Origin: Microcystis aeruginosa NIES-2549
Lineage (GTDB): Bacteria; Cyanobacteriota; Cyanobacteriia; Cyanobacteriales; Microcystaceae
Reading direction: 5' to 3'
DNA: 32,000 bases
Assembly: GCF_000981785.2 (NCBI RefSeq)
Contig: NZ_CP011304.1
Span: forward strand, 3,330,001-3,362,000
Shown here: one piece after another, positions 9,616 to 19,077 of the stretch
Layout: the number at the start of each line of letters is the position of its first letter
Position numbering within the stretch: position 1 is the stretch's first letter
The notes under the pieces: generated by a model
Seen by the model: the letters and a program-made list of their open reading frames with translations, nothing else
Databases searched by the model: none
What the model was told of the DNA's origin: nothing
Position numbers and translations under genes: made by a program

Positions 9616-10953
9616 ATGAAATTCGAGGAAATCCAAGAGATTCTTAATGGGCAACTGCTCGAGCTTGAGAATCGCTCTCTCAATGACACAGAACAATTAT
9701 TATTGCGAGGACTTTGGCAGAAAAAGAGCTATCAAGAAATTGCCCAAGAAAATGGTTATAGTAGCAGCTATTTTGCCAATGTAGTTGCCCCAGGACTCTA
9801 TGATAGAGTCTCGCAACTGATCGGAGAACCGATCAATAAGAAAAATTTTTTATCTAGACTACAATCTCATTTTAGCAACTCCACGTCGTCTCAGTATCGC
9901 AGTCAGGAATATCTCCAAAATGAGCGTCCAGAATACCCCGATGCTCCTATTCCCTATAATTCTCCTTACTATCTGAAACAAAGAAACCTTGAAGCAAAAA
10001 TTATCGACGAAATCGGCCGAACTGGTTCGTTAGTCCGCATTAAAGCTCCCAAAAAATGGGGAAAAACGTCTTTATTATTAACAATTTTAGATGCTTGTCA
10101 ACAAAAATTCGGTTATCAAATTGTTAGTTTAGATTTACAAAAAGCAGACCAAAACATCATAGCCAATTTTAACAAGTTCTTACGCTGGATCTGCCGTAAT
10201 TGCGCTCGGCAGTTGAATTTAGAAGCCAAATTAGATGATTATTGGGATGAAGATATAGGAATTAAAATGAGTTGGACAATTTATTTTGAAGAGTATATTT
10301 TACGAGAAATAAAACAGCCACTGGTATTGGCTTTAGACGAAGTGCATCGAGTCTTTGAACATCCGAAAGTAGCGGAAGATTTTTTACCTTTAATCCGAGC
10401 TTGTTATGAAGAATCTAAGCGATCTTCTCTCTGGCAGAAATTACGTTTAATTATTGTTCAATCCACAGAATCTTATGTTTCTCTGCGATTAGAACAGTCT
10501 CCCTTTAATGTGGGATTACCCATAGAGTTACAGGGTTTTGATCAAGAACAAGTGGCAGAATTGGCAAAAAAATATCAATTAAATGAATTAGCAAACAACG
10601 AAATTCAACAGTTGATCGACTTAGTGGGGGGACATCCTGCCTTGATTCATTTAGCGATTTATCATCTTAGCCAAGAGCAAATCACGATGCCAGATTTAAT
10701 CAGATCAGCCATTACATCAACGGGAATTTATTCCTCTCATTTACAGCTGCACTGGGTCACTTTACAAAAACAACCTGAACTTGCCGGTATTTTTCAACAG
10801 ATTTGTCAAGGGAATCAACCAATGATAGTCGATCCAATTATTGCTTATAAACTTAATAGTATGGGTTTAATTAAACTCAGAGAAAATCAAGCAATTGTCA
10901 GCTGTCAGTTGTATCAAAAGTACTTTATAAGCCAATATACTGGTTCAGTATAA
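9616..10953 (+). CDS. HTH-like N-terminal domain fused to an AAA-like (AAA_35-type) P-loop NTPase
   Basis: 445-aa ORF. The N-terminus LNDTEQLLLRGLWQKKSYQEIAQENGYSSSYFANVV resembles a sigma-70 region 4/LuxR-like HTH common at the start of cyanobacterial STAND-like proteins. NTPase motifs are Walker A IKAPKKWGKTSLL, Walker B LVLALDEVH, then LRLIIVQSTE, SPFNVGLPIEL and VGGHPALIHLAIY, as in the AAA_35 family. Confidence 0.75.
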   Translation: MKFEEIQEILNGQLLELENRSLNDTEQLLLRGLWQKKSYQEIAQENGYSSSYFANVVAPGLYDRVSQLIGEPINKKNFLSRLQSHFSNSTSSQYRSQEYLQNERPEYPDAPIPYNSPYYLKQRNLEAKIIDEIGRTGSLVRIKAPKKWGKTSLLLTILDACQQKFGYQIVSLDLQKADQNIIANFNKFLRWICRNCARQLNLEAKLDDYWDEDIGIKMSWTIYFEEYILREIKQPLVLALDEVHRVFEHPKVAEDFLPLIRACYEESKRSSLWQKLRLIIVQSTESYVSLRLEQSPFNVGLPIELQGFDQEQVAELAKKYQLNELANNEIQQLIDLVGGHPALIHLAIYHLSQEQITMPDLIRSAITSTGIYSSHLQLHWVTLQKQPELAGIFQQICQGNQPMIVDPIIAYKLNSMGLIKLRENQAIVSCQLYQKYFISQYTGSV

Positions 10954-10974
10954 ATAAATTTTTGAACCATGGTG

Positions 10975-13900
10975 TTAAGACAGCGATCGCTCAAGCCAAT
11001 CAGTATTAAATATCGTCTGATAAATCCGATTATGAACGTCCATTTTCCCGTGACGCTTTACCACTAATCCAGATAAAAATAACTCAGGTAAATAGGGATT
11101 GTTATCAATCTGTATTGCTTTTTGATGGAGGATTTGTCGATACAAGGTTAATAATTGGGTTCGGTTTGGACTTTGAAGAAGGCGATCTTGAATAGTTTTT
11201 AAATGTTCGGGTTGATCCTGCATCTCCCAATCTTGAATAATTTTTTCTGCTACTAAGTTGGCCAACCATTGTTCTTCTTGATTAGAGGGTATTGGTTGCT
11301 CACTGTCCCGCATCAGTTGACAGAGTTTTTGAGTTAAGAAAGGTTGCCCTCCCGTCCAGCTTAAGACTTGTTTGAGCATGGTCTGAAGATTGCTGACTTT
11401 TTCTGTTAACCCATATAATAAAGGTTGGGCTTCGTGTTCCTTAAAACTTGCTAATTCAATAGCGTTACCAATATTAAAAGGTGTTTTCTGGGGGTCAGTA
11501 ATTAAAGCTGAAGGTGTGGTAGCACCAAAAAAGGCAAAAGTTAGCTCTTGAAATTGAGGTTGAATCGCTCTCTGGTTATAAAAAGAACGAATTAAAGCAA
11601 AAAAGTCAGAGACATCAAATTTTAACCCTAAAATGCTATCAATTTCATCAATAAATATAACAGTCGATTGTCTAGATTGCTGCTGATCAAAATCGTCATT
11701 AACTAGAAGAAACTCTTCCATAAATTCTCCTAATCGTTGTACAGGAGGCAGATCTAATTGTTCACTCCACCAAGCTTTAAAAGTTTTCAATTGTTTGATT
11801 AATCCAAAACTACGGAGCAGATCAACTGCTAATCCTTTATACCATTGTTCGGGGGTAATATTGTCTGTTCCTAGCCGAGTTAAGTCAATTACTGCACATC
11901 TAATTCCCTCCTTTTGTAATTGGCTCATCATCCGCACCATTAAGCTAGATTTTCCCATTTGACGTGCATTTAAAACATAGCAAAATAGACCTTGTTTGAG
12001 AGCTTTATAAAGATTGCGATCAGCTTGTCGAACCACATAATTTGGTGCATCCATCGGTAAACTTCCCCCCACTTGATAGACAAATTTGGGAGGTTGTTCA
12101 GAACTTTTAAGCAGGTCATTTTCAAAGATAAGTTCTGCTTGGGTTGCTTTCAGTACCTCTAAAGTATTTGTGAGTTCTTTTGTCCTTTCTTCTACTCTTT
12201 GTTCTAAGGTTTGATAGAGTCTTGAGTTATCAATAGAGATAGCAGCTTGAGCCACTAAAATATTTAACAGTTCAACTCTTTCTGAGGTAAATGCGCCTGT
12301 TGTTAAATTATTTTCTAAATAAACAATTCCTTTTAATTGACCTTGATTGAGTAAAGGAGTACAAAGAATAGATTTAGTTTTTTTAGCCACAATATAATAA
12401 TCGTTGGTAAATTGACCTTCAGATGTGGCATCATTTAAAACGATAGTTTCTTTTGTACGAGCGACATAATTAATAATGCTAGTGGGTAAAATGGGAATTG
12501 AGTTATTATGGTCGATAGATTCTATGGGAATTGATTGTAAGATATTCAGCGTTTCTTGATCAATTGTTCCTTGAGCTTCAATGACCAAATTTCCTTGCTG
12601 TTCTAAAATCAAATAACCTTTCTGCGCTCCTGCATTTTCAATAACAATTTTCATTAAGTTTGTTAGGAGATTTTCCAGTTTAATTTCTCCAGAAATCGCT
12701 TGCGAGGCTTTGAGAATAGTGTTTAAATCAAGAACTGCTCCGTCATTACCAGTGGTTGAAATAGTGGTACTCAGTCCTTTAGATTTGTTTTGATTGCTGA
12801 TACCTAATAAATATTGAGGGTATTCTTCTTCTAATTGTTTAACTTTGGCCTTTGCACCCCAACGAATGTAACAATGATAGGCATTTCTGAGGTATAATTT
12901 CCCGATTTCTTCTCTACCTAAAGTAAAATAAAATTCAGAGGCGCGTTCATAAGCTAAAGCCTCTTCATGGATAAATTCATACTTTTTTGCTCCTTGAATT
13001 GCTTTTTCATAAAATTCTTGAGCTTCCCAGTTTTGACCTAAGACTCTCGCTTTTTCTGCTTCGACTAAATAATATTTATGTTGAAAATTTGCTGGACAAT
13101 GACTTGCCCATTTTGCCATCTTCTGCTGGTTGTTATCTACTTGTTGTAGTAATTTTTCTTGCTGTTTTATATCACAATTATTGTGATGAGCTAAAAAAGA
13201 AAGAGAAGAATAAAAACTATGTTGAGGAGATGGTAAATACGAATCACTACTTTTTATGTATTGTTGTGTTTCCAGTCCATAATGACAAGCTTGATCATAA
13301 TCTTTTAAAAAATAACAAATCATTGTTTTGAGCAAATAAAAAATACACAATAACCATTCATTAGACTTGTCAAGCCAATTTTTAAGATGTTGATTTTCTT
13401 CTATCTGAGAACTACCAATAACTAATTTACTTGGGGCTTCATGAATCAGATTTAGAATAAAACTATAAGAAATTTCGAGATAAAAAATTGAATAGTCTTG
13501 TTGGGTTTTATAAATTAATTGTCTGTATTTTGTATAAGTTAGAGAAACCTCCTGCAAATTATATCCTCCAAAGCACTTGATAAAGCAATAAGTTATGGCT
13601 GCATAACTAGCAAATTCATTATCTCCGGTTTCTATTCCTTTCTGAATCCCTTGTAATAATTTTTCTTCTGTAACTATATTTCTAAGAGACTGTTTCCAGT
13701 GCCATATAAATCCATAGTACAGATGACTAACTTTGGCTTCTAATTTGGGAATATTCAATTGCTCTAGCAACTTTAAAGAAACTTTTCCAAATTCGTACCC
13801 CGAATCTATATCATTTAGAGTTCCACAGAGCATGATGCCATAAAATCCATAGATACCGGGAGATTGAGAAGGATTGCCATATTGAATGCAGAGATTGACT

Positions 13901-16752
13901 TGAATTAGAGTAATAAGAATACATAATAAAAAATTCGTTTGTATTGTTATACCAGAAATCTGTTGCAATATTAATATTACGGCTAATTTATAGGGATCAT
14001 TCATGGGAGAAAGATTAAGTAAACTTTCAATATTTTTTTCTTCTAGAAAAATTTGAATTTTTTCTTTTTCTTGCTTAATTTTTCTTTCGATCTCCTCTGT
14101 TTTTTGAGAAATATCTATTCCTAATTCAGCTAAAAAATTGAGACTAATATCGATTACTTTTTCTTGTTTAAATTTAGCAAAATATGATGAAATCATGTCT
14201 TGATATGCTGGCACTTTGTCAATGCTATTTTTAGCATTTTCAAGAACAATTTTATAAAAATATTCGACCTGCTCAAATTTGTTATTCAAATAGAGAGCTT
14301 CTATAAGTCCTAAATGAATTTCTAACGTTAACTTATAATGGGTTTTCCAACTATTAACGACTAGCAAATTTAAAGAAATTGTCATATATCTTAGATAGGC
14401 TTTATAAGCTGATGATGCTTTGGCTTTTTTCCCTGCTTGAAGATTTAATTTGGCTAACTTATCTTTTTCTAATTGTTCAGTAATTAATTCAGAACCTTCG
14501 TTCAGATGATTGACAATATCGAAAATATTTTTCTGCAACTCATCTTGTTTAATATTTTTCAGAAGTAGGCGACCAACTTGTAAATGAATCGGCTTCTTTT
14601 CTTCTTGTGGAATTAGAGAATAAGCTGCTTGTTGTACTCGGTCATGTAAAAATTTATAGGGAATATCTATGGAGGACTCAGGCTCGTTTTCTAAAAGTTT
14701 ACTCGATAATTCTTCGGAGTTCCATAAAAGAGGAACTTTATATTTATTATCTAAAGGAATTACCAGTCCTTCATCTAAAGCTGATTGTAGTTCTTGAGCA
14801 GTGATTTTTTGAGATTTATTATTTATAATTGCAATAATTTCTAAATTAAATTGGTTGCCAATACAAGCTGCTAGTTTAAGAATATTTTGAGTTTTATGAT
14901 TTAACTTTTTGATTTTATGAACCATCAAATCAACGACATTCTCAGTAATAGATACCCTTTCAACTTGTTCGATATCCCATTGCCAATAACCTCGTTCATT
15001 ATTTTCTGAATTAATCAAAGGAGATTGAGTAGGATTAAATATTAATAAATTATCTTGATACAAAGAATAGATAAGTTGAGTCAGAAAAAAAGGACTGCCA
15101 CCCGTTTTTTTAGCGATTAACTTAGCGAGCGGTTGAGAAATTTCTGTTGAACAATTAAGGGTATCAGCAATTAATTGATTAATGTGCTTAAGTTTTAAAG
15201 GGGAGAGGGTAATCTCCAAAATTGGGACTTGTGCTTGTTTAATATTCTCTAAAGTGTGTACTAGAGGATGGACAGGATTCACTTCATTATCTCGATAAGC
15301 TCCGAGCAGAAAAAAATATTTAATATCCGAATCTGATATTAATTGCTCAATTAAGTTCAGAGAAGGTAAATCAGCCCATTGCAAATCATCAATAAAGATC
15401 ACTAAAGGATATTCTTTTTGGCAAAAAACATTGAGAAATCGTTTAAAAAATAAATTAAAGCGATTTTGACTTTCTGTTCCCCCTAGTGATTCGGCTGGGG
15501 GCTGTTTGCTAATAATTTTCTCAAGTTCAGGAATAACATCGATAATAATTTGACCATTACTACCTAAGACTTCTAATATCTTCTTTTTCCAAGTTTGTAG
15601 AATTATTTCTGGTTCACTTAGCAGTTGACGAATTAAGTCTTGAAATGCTTGAGAAATAGCAGAATAGGGAATATTTCGCTGTAATTGATCGAATTTTCCC
15701 TTAATAAACCGTCCTCGGTGGCGTGTAATAGGTTTATGAATTTCATTAACTAATGCAGATTTGCCAATCCCTGAATAGCCGGAAATTAGAACGATTTCTG
15801 TTGTTCCTTGACTGACTCTCTCAAAAGCGGTGAGAAGTTGATTAATGTTCTGTTCTCGACCATAAAGTTTTTGCGGAATCTGAAATCTTTCCGCTATATC
15901 CTGACTTGCTAAAGGAAATTGTAAAATTTGTCTTTTCATCTTTAATTGATTCAGACAGTTTTCTAAGTCTGCTTTAATTCCCCACGCACTTTGATATCTT
16001 TCCTCTGGCGTTTTCGCTAATAATTTGCTAATGATATTAGAAACAGTTAAGGGAACATCTCGACTGAGTTCATGAACAGGTAAAGCTTGTTGGGCAATAT
16101 GACAATGAACCAACTCCATTGGGTCTGTAGTTTCAAAAGGAAGTCTGTGGGTTAACAGTTCATAAAAAGTTACACCAAGGGAATAAAAGTCACTACGATA
16201 ATCAAGTCCACGATTCATTCTCCCTGTTTGTTCTGGGGCAATATAAGCTAATGTTCCTTCTAATTGATGAGGGGGAACAAGCGTAATTAATTCTTGGGAT
16301 AAACGAGTAGAAATGCCAAAATCAATGATTTGAAGTTGTCCCGTTTTTGGGTTATAGACAATATTAGAAGGGTTAATATCTTTATGGATAATGTTAGCTT
16401 TATGGATGGCCGCTAATCCCTCAGTTATCTTAATGGCAATCATTAGAAATTCTTCTAAGCTTAATTTACTTTGGGAGAGTAATAATTTTAAAGATTGACC
16501 ACCACAATCTTCAAAAAGTATTACTAAGCTATTTTCATATCGCTGTAAGTCATAAGCTTTAACAATATTGTCTACCTTAAGAGAACGGGTAATTTCATAT
16601 TCTTGTTTATAACGAGTTAGCTCTGAGGGCGTAGGATAGTTTTCTTTGAGAATTTTGATAACAATCGGCTGATTATTTTGATTTAAAGTAGCACGGTAAA
16701 CCAATGAATTGGGACTTTCGTAAATTTTTTCGACGATTTGGTAGTCTTTCAT
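10975..16752 (-). CDS. Giant multidomain protein: Ser/Thr protein kinase - AAA_16/STAND-type ATPase - long helical (TPR-like) region - GAF - coiled coil - C-terminal AAA-like (AAA_35-type) NTPase
   Basis: 1925-aa ORF.
- Kinase core: [25 protein letters not shown] (aa ~1-270).
- First NTPase: Walker [15 protein letters not shown] (aa ~322-334) and Walker [12 protein letters not shown].
- GAF-like block: ..[18 protein letters not shown]...[38 protein letters not shown].. followed by a signalling-helix-like coiled coil.
- Last ~372 aa (nt 10978-12093): [63 protein letters not shown], an AAA_35-type module.
No H-box or HATPase motifs are seen. Confidence 0.85.
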   Translation of the reverse strand: MKDYQIVEKIYESPNSLVYRATLNQNNQPIVIKILKENYPTPSELTRYKQEYEITRSLKVDNIVKAYDLQRYENSLVILFEDCGGQSLKLLLSQSKLSLEEFLMIAIKITEGLAAIHKANIIHKDINPSNIVYNPKTGQLQIIDFGISTRLSQELITLVPPHQLEGTLAYIAPEQTGRMNRGLDYRSDFYSLGVTFYELLTHRLPFETTDPMELVHCHIAQQALPVHELSRDVPLTVSNIISKLLAKTPEERYQSAWGIKADLENCLNQLKMKRQILQFPLASQDIAERFQIPQKLYGREQNINQLLTAFERVSQGTTEIVLISGYSGIGKSALVNEIHKPITRHRGRFIKGKFDQLQRNIPYSAISQAFQDLIRQLLSEPEIILQTWKKKILEVLGSNGQIIIDVIPELEKIISKQPPAESLGGTESQNRFNLFFKRFLNVFCQKEYPLVIFIDDLQWADLPSLNLIEQLISDSDIKYFFLLGAYRDNEVNPVHPLVHTLENIKQAQVPILEITLSPLKLKHINQLIADTLNCSTEISQPLAKLIAKKTGGSPFFLTQLIYSLYQDNLLIFNPTQSPLINSENNERGYWQWDIEQVERVSITENVVDLMVHKIKKLNHKTQNILKLAACIGNQFNLEIIAIINNKSQKITAQELQSALDEGLVIPLDNKYKVPLLWNSEELSSKLLENEPESSIDIPYKFLHDRVQQAAYSLIPQEEKKPIHLQVGRLLLKNIKQDELQKNIFDIVNHLNEGSELITEQLEKDKLAKLNLQAGKKAKASSAYKAYLRYMTISLNLLVVNSWKTHYKLTLEIHLGLIEALYLNNKFEQVEYFYKIVLENAKNSIDKVPAYQDMISSYFAKFKQEKVIDISLNFLAELGIDISQKTEEIERKIKQEKEKIQIFLEEKNIESLLNLSPMNDPYKLAVILILQQISGITIQTNFLLCILITLIQVNLCIQYGNPSQSPGIYGFYGIMLCGTLNDIDSGYEFGKVSLKLLEQLNIPKLEAKVSHLYYGFIWHWKQSLRNIVTEEKLLQGIQKGIETGDNEFASYAAITYCFIKCFGGYNLQEVSLTYTKYRQLIYKTQQDYSIFYLEISYSFILNLIHEAPSKLVIGSSQIEENQHLKNWLDKSNEWLLCIFYLLKTMICYFLKDYDQACHYGLETQQYIKSSDSYLPSPQHSFYSSLSFLAHHNNCDIKQQEKLLQQVDNNQQKMAKWASHCPANFQHKYYLVEAEKARVLGQNWEAQEFYEKAIQGAKKYEFIHEEALAYERASEFYFTLGREEIGKLYLRNAYHCYIRWGAKAKVKQLEEEYPQYLLGISNQNKSKGLSTTISTTGNDGAVLDLNTILKASQAISGEIKLENLLTNLMKIVIENAGAQKGYLILEQQGNLVIEAQGTIDQETLNILQSIPIESIDHNNSIPILPTSIINYVARTKETIVLNDATSEGQFTNDYYIVAKKTKSILCTPLLNQGQLKGIVYLENNLTTGAFTSERVELLNILVAQAAISIDNSRLYQTLEQRVEERTKELTNTLEVLKATQAELIFENDLLKSSEQPPKFVYQVGGSLPMDAPNYVVRQADRNLYKALKQGLFCYVLNARQMGKSSLMVRMMSQLQKEGIRCAVIDLTRLGTDNITPEQWYKGLAVDLLRSFGLIKQLKTFKAWWSEQLDLPPVQRLGEFMEEFLLVNDDFDQQQSRQSTVIFIDEIDSILGLKFDVSDFFALIRSFYNQRAIQPQFQELTFAFFGATTPSALITDPQKTPFNIGNAIELASFKEHEAQPLLYGLTEKVSNLQTMLKQVLSWTGGQPFLTQKLCQLMRDSEQPIPSNQEEQWLANLVAEKIIQDWEMQDQPEHLKTIQDRLLQSPNRTQLLTLYRQILHQKAIQIDNNPYLPELFLSGLVVKRHGKMDVHNRIYQTIFNTDWLERSLS

Positions 16753-16770
16753 AATGTTTTAACCCAGTAA

Positions 16771-16816
16771 GCCATAGGATAAACCCATGTTTAAATTTTA
16801 ACACTTATTCTATGGC
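16771..16816 (-). promoter_or_regulatory. Long-stem hairpin in the 87-nt spacer upstream of the giant kinase gene
   Basis: GCCATAGGATAA (16771-16782) pairs with TTATTCTATGGC (16805-16816) at 11 of 12 positions, with a 22-nt AT-rich loop. No U-run follows on the coding (minus) strand, so it is not a classic intrinsic terminator. Confidence 0.35.
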
Positions 16817-16839
16817 TAGGCTAGGTCTTAGGTATTTAA

Positions 16840-17154
16840 TTAGCTACAAGTTGTTGGAAGATAAGGAACCGGTGGAAAGGGATCGCTAACTATTTCGTTT
16901 GGGTTGTTCACATCTACCTTGCTTGTTAACCATGCACGCGGGACATCATCTAAATTAACATTCTCGTCACTGGGTTTGGGAGGATAGGGCAATGTCATAA
17001 TAAAGAAAGGCCCTTTTTGTTCTAGAGAAGGTTGAGGAATTTCTTGGAGACTTCCTTCAAAGGTATCCCATTTGACTTGGAGGAGAAAATAGTCGATTTC
17101 TTCCTGATCAAAAATTGCTCCAAAACTATTATCGGGAAACCAAGGTTCTAACAA
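16840..17154 (-). CDS. Downstream half of a split gene (hypothetical; possible nitrile-hydratase-alpha/NHLP-like C-terminal part)
   Basis: 104-aa ORF with only a TTG start. Its frame stays open upstream to 17217 and overlaps the previous ORF by 7 nt. It contains FFIMTLPYPPKPSDENVNLDD, reminiscent of the ..YLVLP.RP.. strand of NHase-alpha/NHLP domains, and ends in Pro-rich ..SDPFPPVPYLPTTCS. Confidence 0.5.
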   Translation of the reverse strand: MLEPWFPDNSFGAIFDQEEIDYFLLQVKWDTFEGSLQEIPQPSLEQKGPFFIMTLPYPPKPSDENVNLDDVPRAWLTSKVDVNNPNEIVSDPFPPVPYLPTTCS

Positions 17155-17444
17155 ATCTCCTTTTTTCCTGTTAGTAAATCTACCATATCTATATATGTCG
17201 GACTTTGGCGTTGAAAATCATTGTTCTTAAAGTCGAGAAATATCCGCCGTATTTGTTCGGCCTTTTCATGTTTTATCCAAGAAATAGCTACGAGTTGAGC
17301 CAATTTTTTGCACTGTTTTACAATTCGATTATAATAGTTATGTGTAGTCTTTAGACCATCTGAATCTGACGCACGGGAAGCTTTATTGGTATCGGTACTA
17401 ACAACAAAGCTGTGTAATTGCTTGAGACTTTGAGATGTAATCAT
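17148..17444 (-). CDS. Upstream half of the split gene (hypothetical; possible NHase-alpha/NHLP-like N-terminal part)
   Basis: The ATG at 17444 lies 9 nt after an AAGGAG Shine-Dalgarno, whereas the track start at 17483 is a TTG. The product MITSQSLKQLH...KKLAQLVAISWIKHEKAEQIRRIF... loosely resembles the A.VVAKAW.D..FK..L helix of NHase-alpha/NHLP. The ORF ends 4 codons after an A_AAA_AAG heptamer. Confidence 0.5.
   Translation of the reverse strand: MITSQSLKQLHSFVVSTDTNKASRASDSDGLKTTHNYYNRIVKQCKKLAQLVAISWIKHEKAEQIRRIFLDFKNNDFQRQSPTYIDMVDLLTGKKEIC
17160..17166 (-). promoter_or_regulatory. A_AAA_AAG slippery heptamer at the junction of the two half-ORFs (candidate -1 frameshift site, or the site of a 1-nt indel)
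   Basis: The minus strand reads ACA GGA AAA AAG GAG ATT TGT TAG in the upstream frame. A -1 slip on A_AAA_AAG continues as GGA GAT TTG TTA GAA CCT.. (GDLLEPWFPDNSF..), which is exactly the downstream ORF's frame. Confidence 0.45.
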
Positions 17445-17525
17445 GAGCAGAAACTCCTTTGATTTGAAGATTTGTTGAAACAATAGAGACGCTAAATGAT
17501 GGCTAAACTCCGTAAAAAAATTTCT

Positions 17526-18614
17526 TTAAGATGCTAAACCATAAAATCGTTGAGGATTTTCCCAAACGATTTTTTTAACTATCTCCTGAGATAAGTTGTC
17601 TTCAAGTCCTATAACTTTTTTTACCCCATCAGCCTGATGATCCATGTGAGGATAATCAGACCCGAAGATTAAGTTATCAGAACCGATAAAATCAATGACC
17701 TGAGCCAAACAGGGTTCCGAGGGTTCCACTGCAATGTAACACTGACGGCGAAAATACTCCGATGGTAGTAATTTTACCCGACCTTGGACTTCCCAATGTA
17801 AATTTTTATACTCTTCGTCAAGCTTCCATAACCAATAGGGAAGCCAACCACACCCTGATTCTAGAAACGCCACTCTCAGCCTCCGATGACGTTCTAAAAC
17901 CCCCCCTTCAATTAAGGCTAACAGTGCCATCATTTGTTCCATCGGGTGAGAACAAGCATGAAGCGCAAACCGACTATTAAATCGCTCTGCACCAGTGGTG
18001 GGTAAGCGGCTATGAGTGCCTTCATGAATTCCTACAGCCATGTCCAAATCCTCGCAGGCCGTCCAAAAGGGTTCATAGGCTGGATCGCTCAAAATTCTGC
18101 CTTTAACGGGGTTAGGGCGCAAAAAAACCGCCTTCCAGCCCAACTTTGCCATGCGGTGTAGCTCTTTGACCATATCTTCGGGATCGTGTTGATTGACTGC
18201 AGCGACTCCTTTCAGTCTAGCGGGGTCATAGCTACAAAATTCTTCCGATAACCATCTATTATAGGCACGGACAAAAGCCCCCATCACTTCGGCGGGTAGG
18301 CTATCAATGGCAAATAACCACAGTCCATAAGTAGGATAAATAAAAGCCACATCGACCCCCATTTGTACCATTGCTTGAACATGGGACTCTGGGTTATAGC
18401 GATTGAGATAAGCGTGGGGATGAGCTTGCATCATCTGCTTATTCCCTTCTGCTTGGACTTGTGGGGAGATTTTTTGACTAATCGGTTCTCCTTTGATTTT
18501 CATGTCAGCAGAAGGAGCAAATTCCCTAAATTTAGGTTCTAGGTATTGTCCCCACATTGCGGGGGGTTCAATGACGTGGGAATCAGCATCAATAATTTTG
18601 TACCCGTTGAGCAT
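17526..18614 (-). CDS. Metal-dependent TIM-barrel hydrolase/decarboxylase of the Amidohydro_2 (ACMSD-like) family
   Basis: 362-aa ORF. IIDADSHVIEP near the N-terminus is the HxH-type metal site. It also has ..GIHEGTH.., ..AFLESGCGWLPYWL.. and ..LIFGSDYPHMD.., the conserved His/Asp ligands of this family. Confidence 0.8.
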   Translation of the reverse strand: MLNGYKIIDADSHVIEPPAMWGQYLEPKFREFAPSADMKIKGEPISQKISPQVQAEGNKQMMQAHPHAYLNRYNPESHVQAMVQMGVDVAFIYPTYGLWLFAIDSLPAEVMGAFVRAYNRWLSEEFCSYDPARLKGVAAVNQHDPEDMVKELHRMAKLGWKAVFLRPNPVKGRILSDPAYEPFWTACEDLDMAVGIHEGTHSRLPTTGAERFNSRFALHACSHPMEQMMALLALIEGGVLERHRRLRVAFLESGCGWLPYWLWKLDEEYKNLHWEVQGRVKLLPSEYFRRQCYIAVEPSEPCLAQVIDFIGSDNLIFGSDYPHMDHQADGVKKVIGLEDNLSQEIVKKIVWENPQRFYGLAS

Positions 18615-19077
18615 AGCGATTTTTCGGCAATTTTCTACCTAAATTATATTTGATTGGGAAAAAGCGGTCCCTTTTTTTAGGCTTTTTTTTAATCCCCTGA
18701 AACCGCTACAAGTCAGAGGGTAAAAGGGTTTTGATGATTTTAGTCGCCCGATTAATTCATTAGTTCTACTTTCAGTGATGAGGTAGTCATACCATAAAGT
18801 GACCCTTTAAATCTAATACAAATCTAATATAAATCTCATATAAAAGTTAATATTCTGCTCAAAAAAACCTATTAGAAAAGTATTAACTTTAGAGATTGCC
18901 ATTACTCAAAATAAAACTTATTCTGGTATCAAAGGTCATTGAACAAATCACTTTTAACCCAAAAGACAAGGCATTTTGCTTAAGGCATTATGGCTAATCT
19001 AAAAAATTCAGAAATGGATTTTTTTGAGTGTCTTAAGATTTTTAGCCACTCACCTTATTATTTCAGGATAGATAATC

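Noticed and set aside
12987-14804. Plus-strand ORFs 12987-13331 and 14607-14804
   Set aside because: They are antisense to the 1925-aa gene in very AT-rich DNA and give low-complexity translations.
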